This document shows, one piece after another, positions 62,337 through 64,000 of a stretch of 64,000 nt of DNA (position 1 is the stretch's first letter; the number at the start of each line of letters is the position of its first letter). Source of the stretch: the human T2T-CHM13v2.0 reference genome, Homo sapiens; NCBI RefSeq assembly GCF_009914755.1, contig NC_060936.1; one strand, 5' to 3'. A model generated the notes under the pieces. That model ran no database searches, was not told where the DNA came from, and saw nothing but the letters and a program-made list of their open reading frames with translations. Made by a program: the position numbers and the translations under genes.

Positions 62337-64000
62337 CAGTTGATCCTTGAACAATGCAGGAGTTAGGGTGCTGACCCCCTTTGTGGTCAAAAATCTATGT
62401 ATAACTTTTGACTCCCTGAAAACTTAACTACTAATAGCCTACTATTGACTAGAAGCCTTAGTGAAACATAAATAGTTAACACATATTGTATATGTTATAT
62501 GTATTATATATTGTATTTTTACAATAAAGTAAGCTACGGAAAAGAAAATATCACTAAGGAAATCAGGAAGAGAAATATATACTTACTGTTCTTTAAATGG
62601 AAGTGGATCATCATTAAAGACTTCATCCTCATTGTCTTCAGGTTGAGTAGGTTGAGGAGGAGGAAGCAGAGGGGTTGGCACAGGTGGAAGAGGTATAGAA
62701 GAAGAAGGCATACTCATTGTAACTTTATGGAAATACATTGTAATTTCTGTCTGACTTTCTTACTTACTCATTTTGTTACCAGTGGAGGGTCTTGACTCTG
62801 AGTTGTTTGACAAAGAATTGGATAAAACGTGCAAATCAATGAAAGGATGAAGCAACAAAAGCACAGATTTGTTGAAATGAAAGTACACTTCACAGAGTGG
62901 GAGCAGGCTCAAGCAAGTGGCTCAAGAGTGCTGGTTAGAGAATTTTCTGGGGTTTAAATACCCTCTAGAGGTTTCCCATTGGTTACTTGGTTTACACCCT
63001 ATTTAAATGAGGTAGTGGTCTGCAGCCAGTCTGATTAGTTGCTGGGTGACCAATCAGAGGCTGAAGTGAAGTTACAGAGTTACACCCTATGCAAACATCT
63101 GATTGGTTGTGGAAGGTGAAGTGAAGTTACAAAGTTGTAACCCTGCGCAAAGACTAGGCTTGTGACCAGTCTGATTGGTTGCAGGAGGGGACCAGAAGTA
63201 CTTGCCATTTTTCATCTGTGACACAGAAGCAGAGGAGCTGCAAAGGGAGAGCCTCTGATCCTTTTGTTACTTGGGCGTGGAAAGTTGGGGTTTTCCTTTT
63301 GATTCAGTCTAGGAAGTCAGTGCGAATTGGCCTTAAGTTCCCTGCCTCCAGGCCCTATTCTCCTGGCTCAGTTTCTCTAAAAATATGTCTATACAGTACC
63401 AATCTTCTACCATTTGCTTTAGTTTTAGTGTGTGTATCATAGAAAGGTCCATGTTATAAAAGAAGTCAAAAGCAACCTTGAATGATCAGAACCCTTCTGC
63501 CAGATTGTCTAATGTCAATGTGTTTTCTGATACTGATGCTTCTCCATCTTCCTCATCGTCTGGCACTGTGGCTCAGAAGCATTCATCTCCATCAAGCTGT
63601 CTTCTGTTAATTCCTCTGGTGTGATGTCTGTTAGCTTTTGAATTTCTCCAAGATCCCTGTCTTGAAACCCTTCACTCCACCTGCCCCACCTTTTTTGCCA
63701 CATTCACAATCTCTTTCATGATTTCCTTGATTGGCTCTGTCGTAAATCTTATGAATTCATGCATGATATCTGGACACAGTTTTTTTCAGCACAAATTTAT
63801 TGTTTCAGGCTTGATGGCTTTCACAGCTTTTTCTATAACAATGATATTGTCTTCAATGGTGTAATCATTCTAGAATTTCATGATGTTCTATCAGTGTTCT
63901 CTTGCATAGCTTTGAAAATTTTTTCCATAGAGTATCATGTATAATGAGCCTTAAAGGTCTTCATGATCCCCTGACCCTAGAGGCTGAATTAGAAGCCTTC
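62337..64000 (-). mobile_element. Tigger2-type DNA transposon relic (runs off the window)
   Basis: TA|cagttga..ccttgaacaa TIR; transposase-like remnant FQDRDLGEIQKLTDITPEELTEDSL on the - strand. Confidence 0.8.
62774..63369 (-). mobile_element. ERV1 solo LTR (MER51-like) inserted into the Tigger
   Basis: tgttaccagtggagggtc...repeated ctgattggtt boxes...ccctattctcctggctca. Confidence 0.8.

Overview
Human (primate) genomic DNA, repeat-dense and not prokaryotic. I recognise it from memory as chr12q23.3. It contains the complete 4-exon coding sequence of NOPCHAP1/C12orf45 (+ strand, 43957-52300, 185 aa, all junctions GT-AG) with a CpG-island promoter. A second CpG island (~15300-16550) is most likely the non-coding 5' end of SLC41A2 (- strand); that identity rests on recalled synteny only. 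Other major elements are a KRT18 processed pseudogene inserted into a same-orientation MLT1 LTR, a HERV-W env/LTR17 retrocopy, and a ~9.3 kb two-LTR ERV1 provirus (PBS-Leu, RT apparently deleted) starting 110 nt after the NOPCHAP1 stop. Alu, L1, L2, MIR, MaLR and DNA-transposon relics fill most of the rest. I see no convincing new multi-gene system. The best leads are (1) an LTR-TATA > ATG > 460-codon LTR/KRT18 chimeric ORF > AATAAA unit carrying the dominant-negative-type LNDR>LNDC change, (2) a ~280 bp templated duplication flanking NOPCHAP1 exon 3, and (3) a template-switch-scrambled 3' LTR containing copies of the env immunosuppressive-domain sequence. Repeat subfamily names come from memory of consensus sequences, and repeat boundaries are approximate unless TSDs are quoted.
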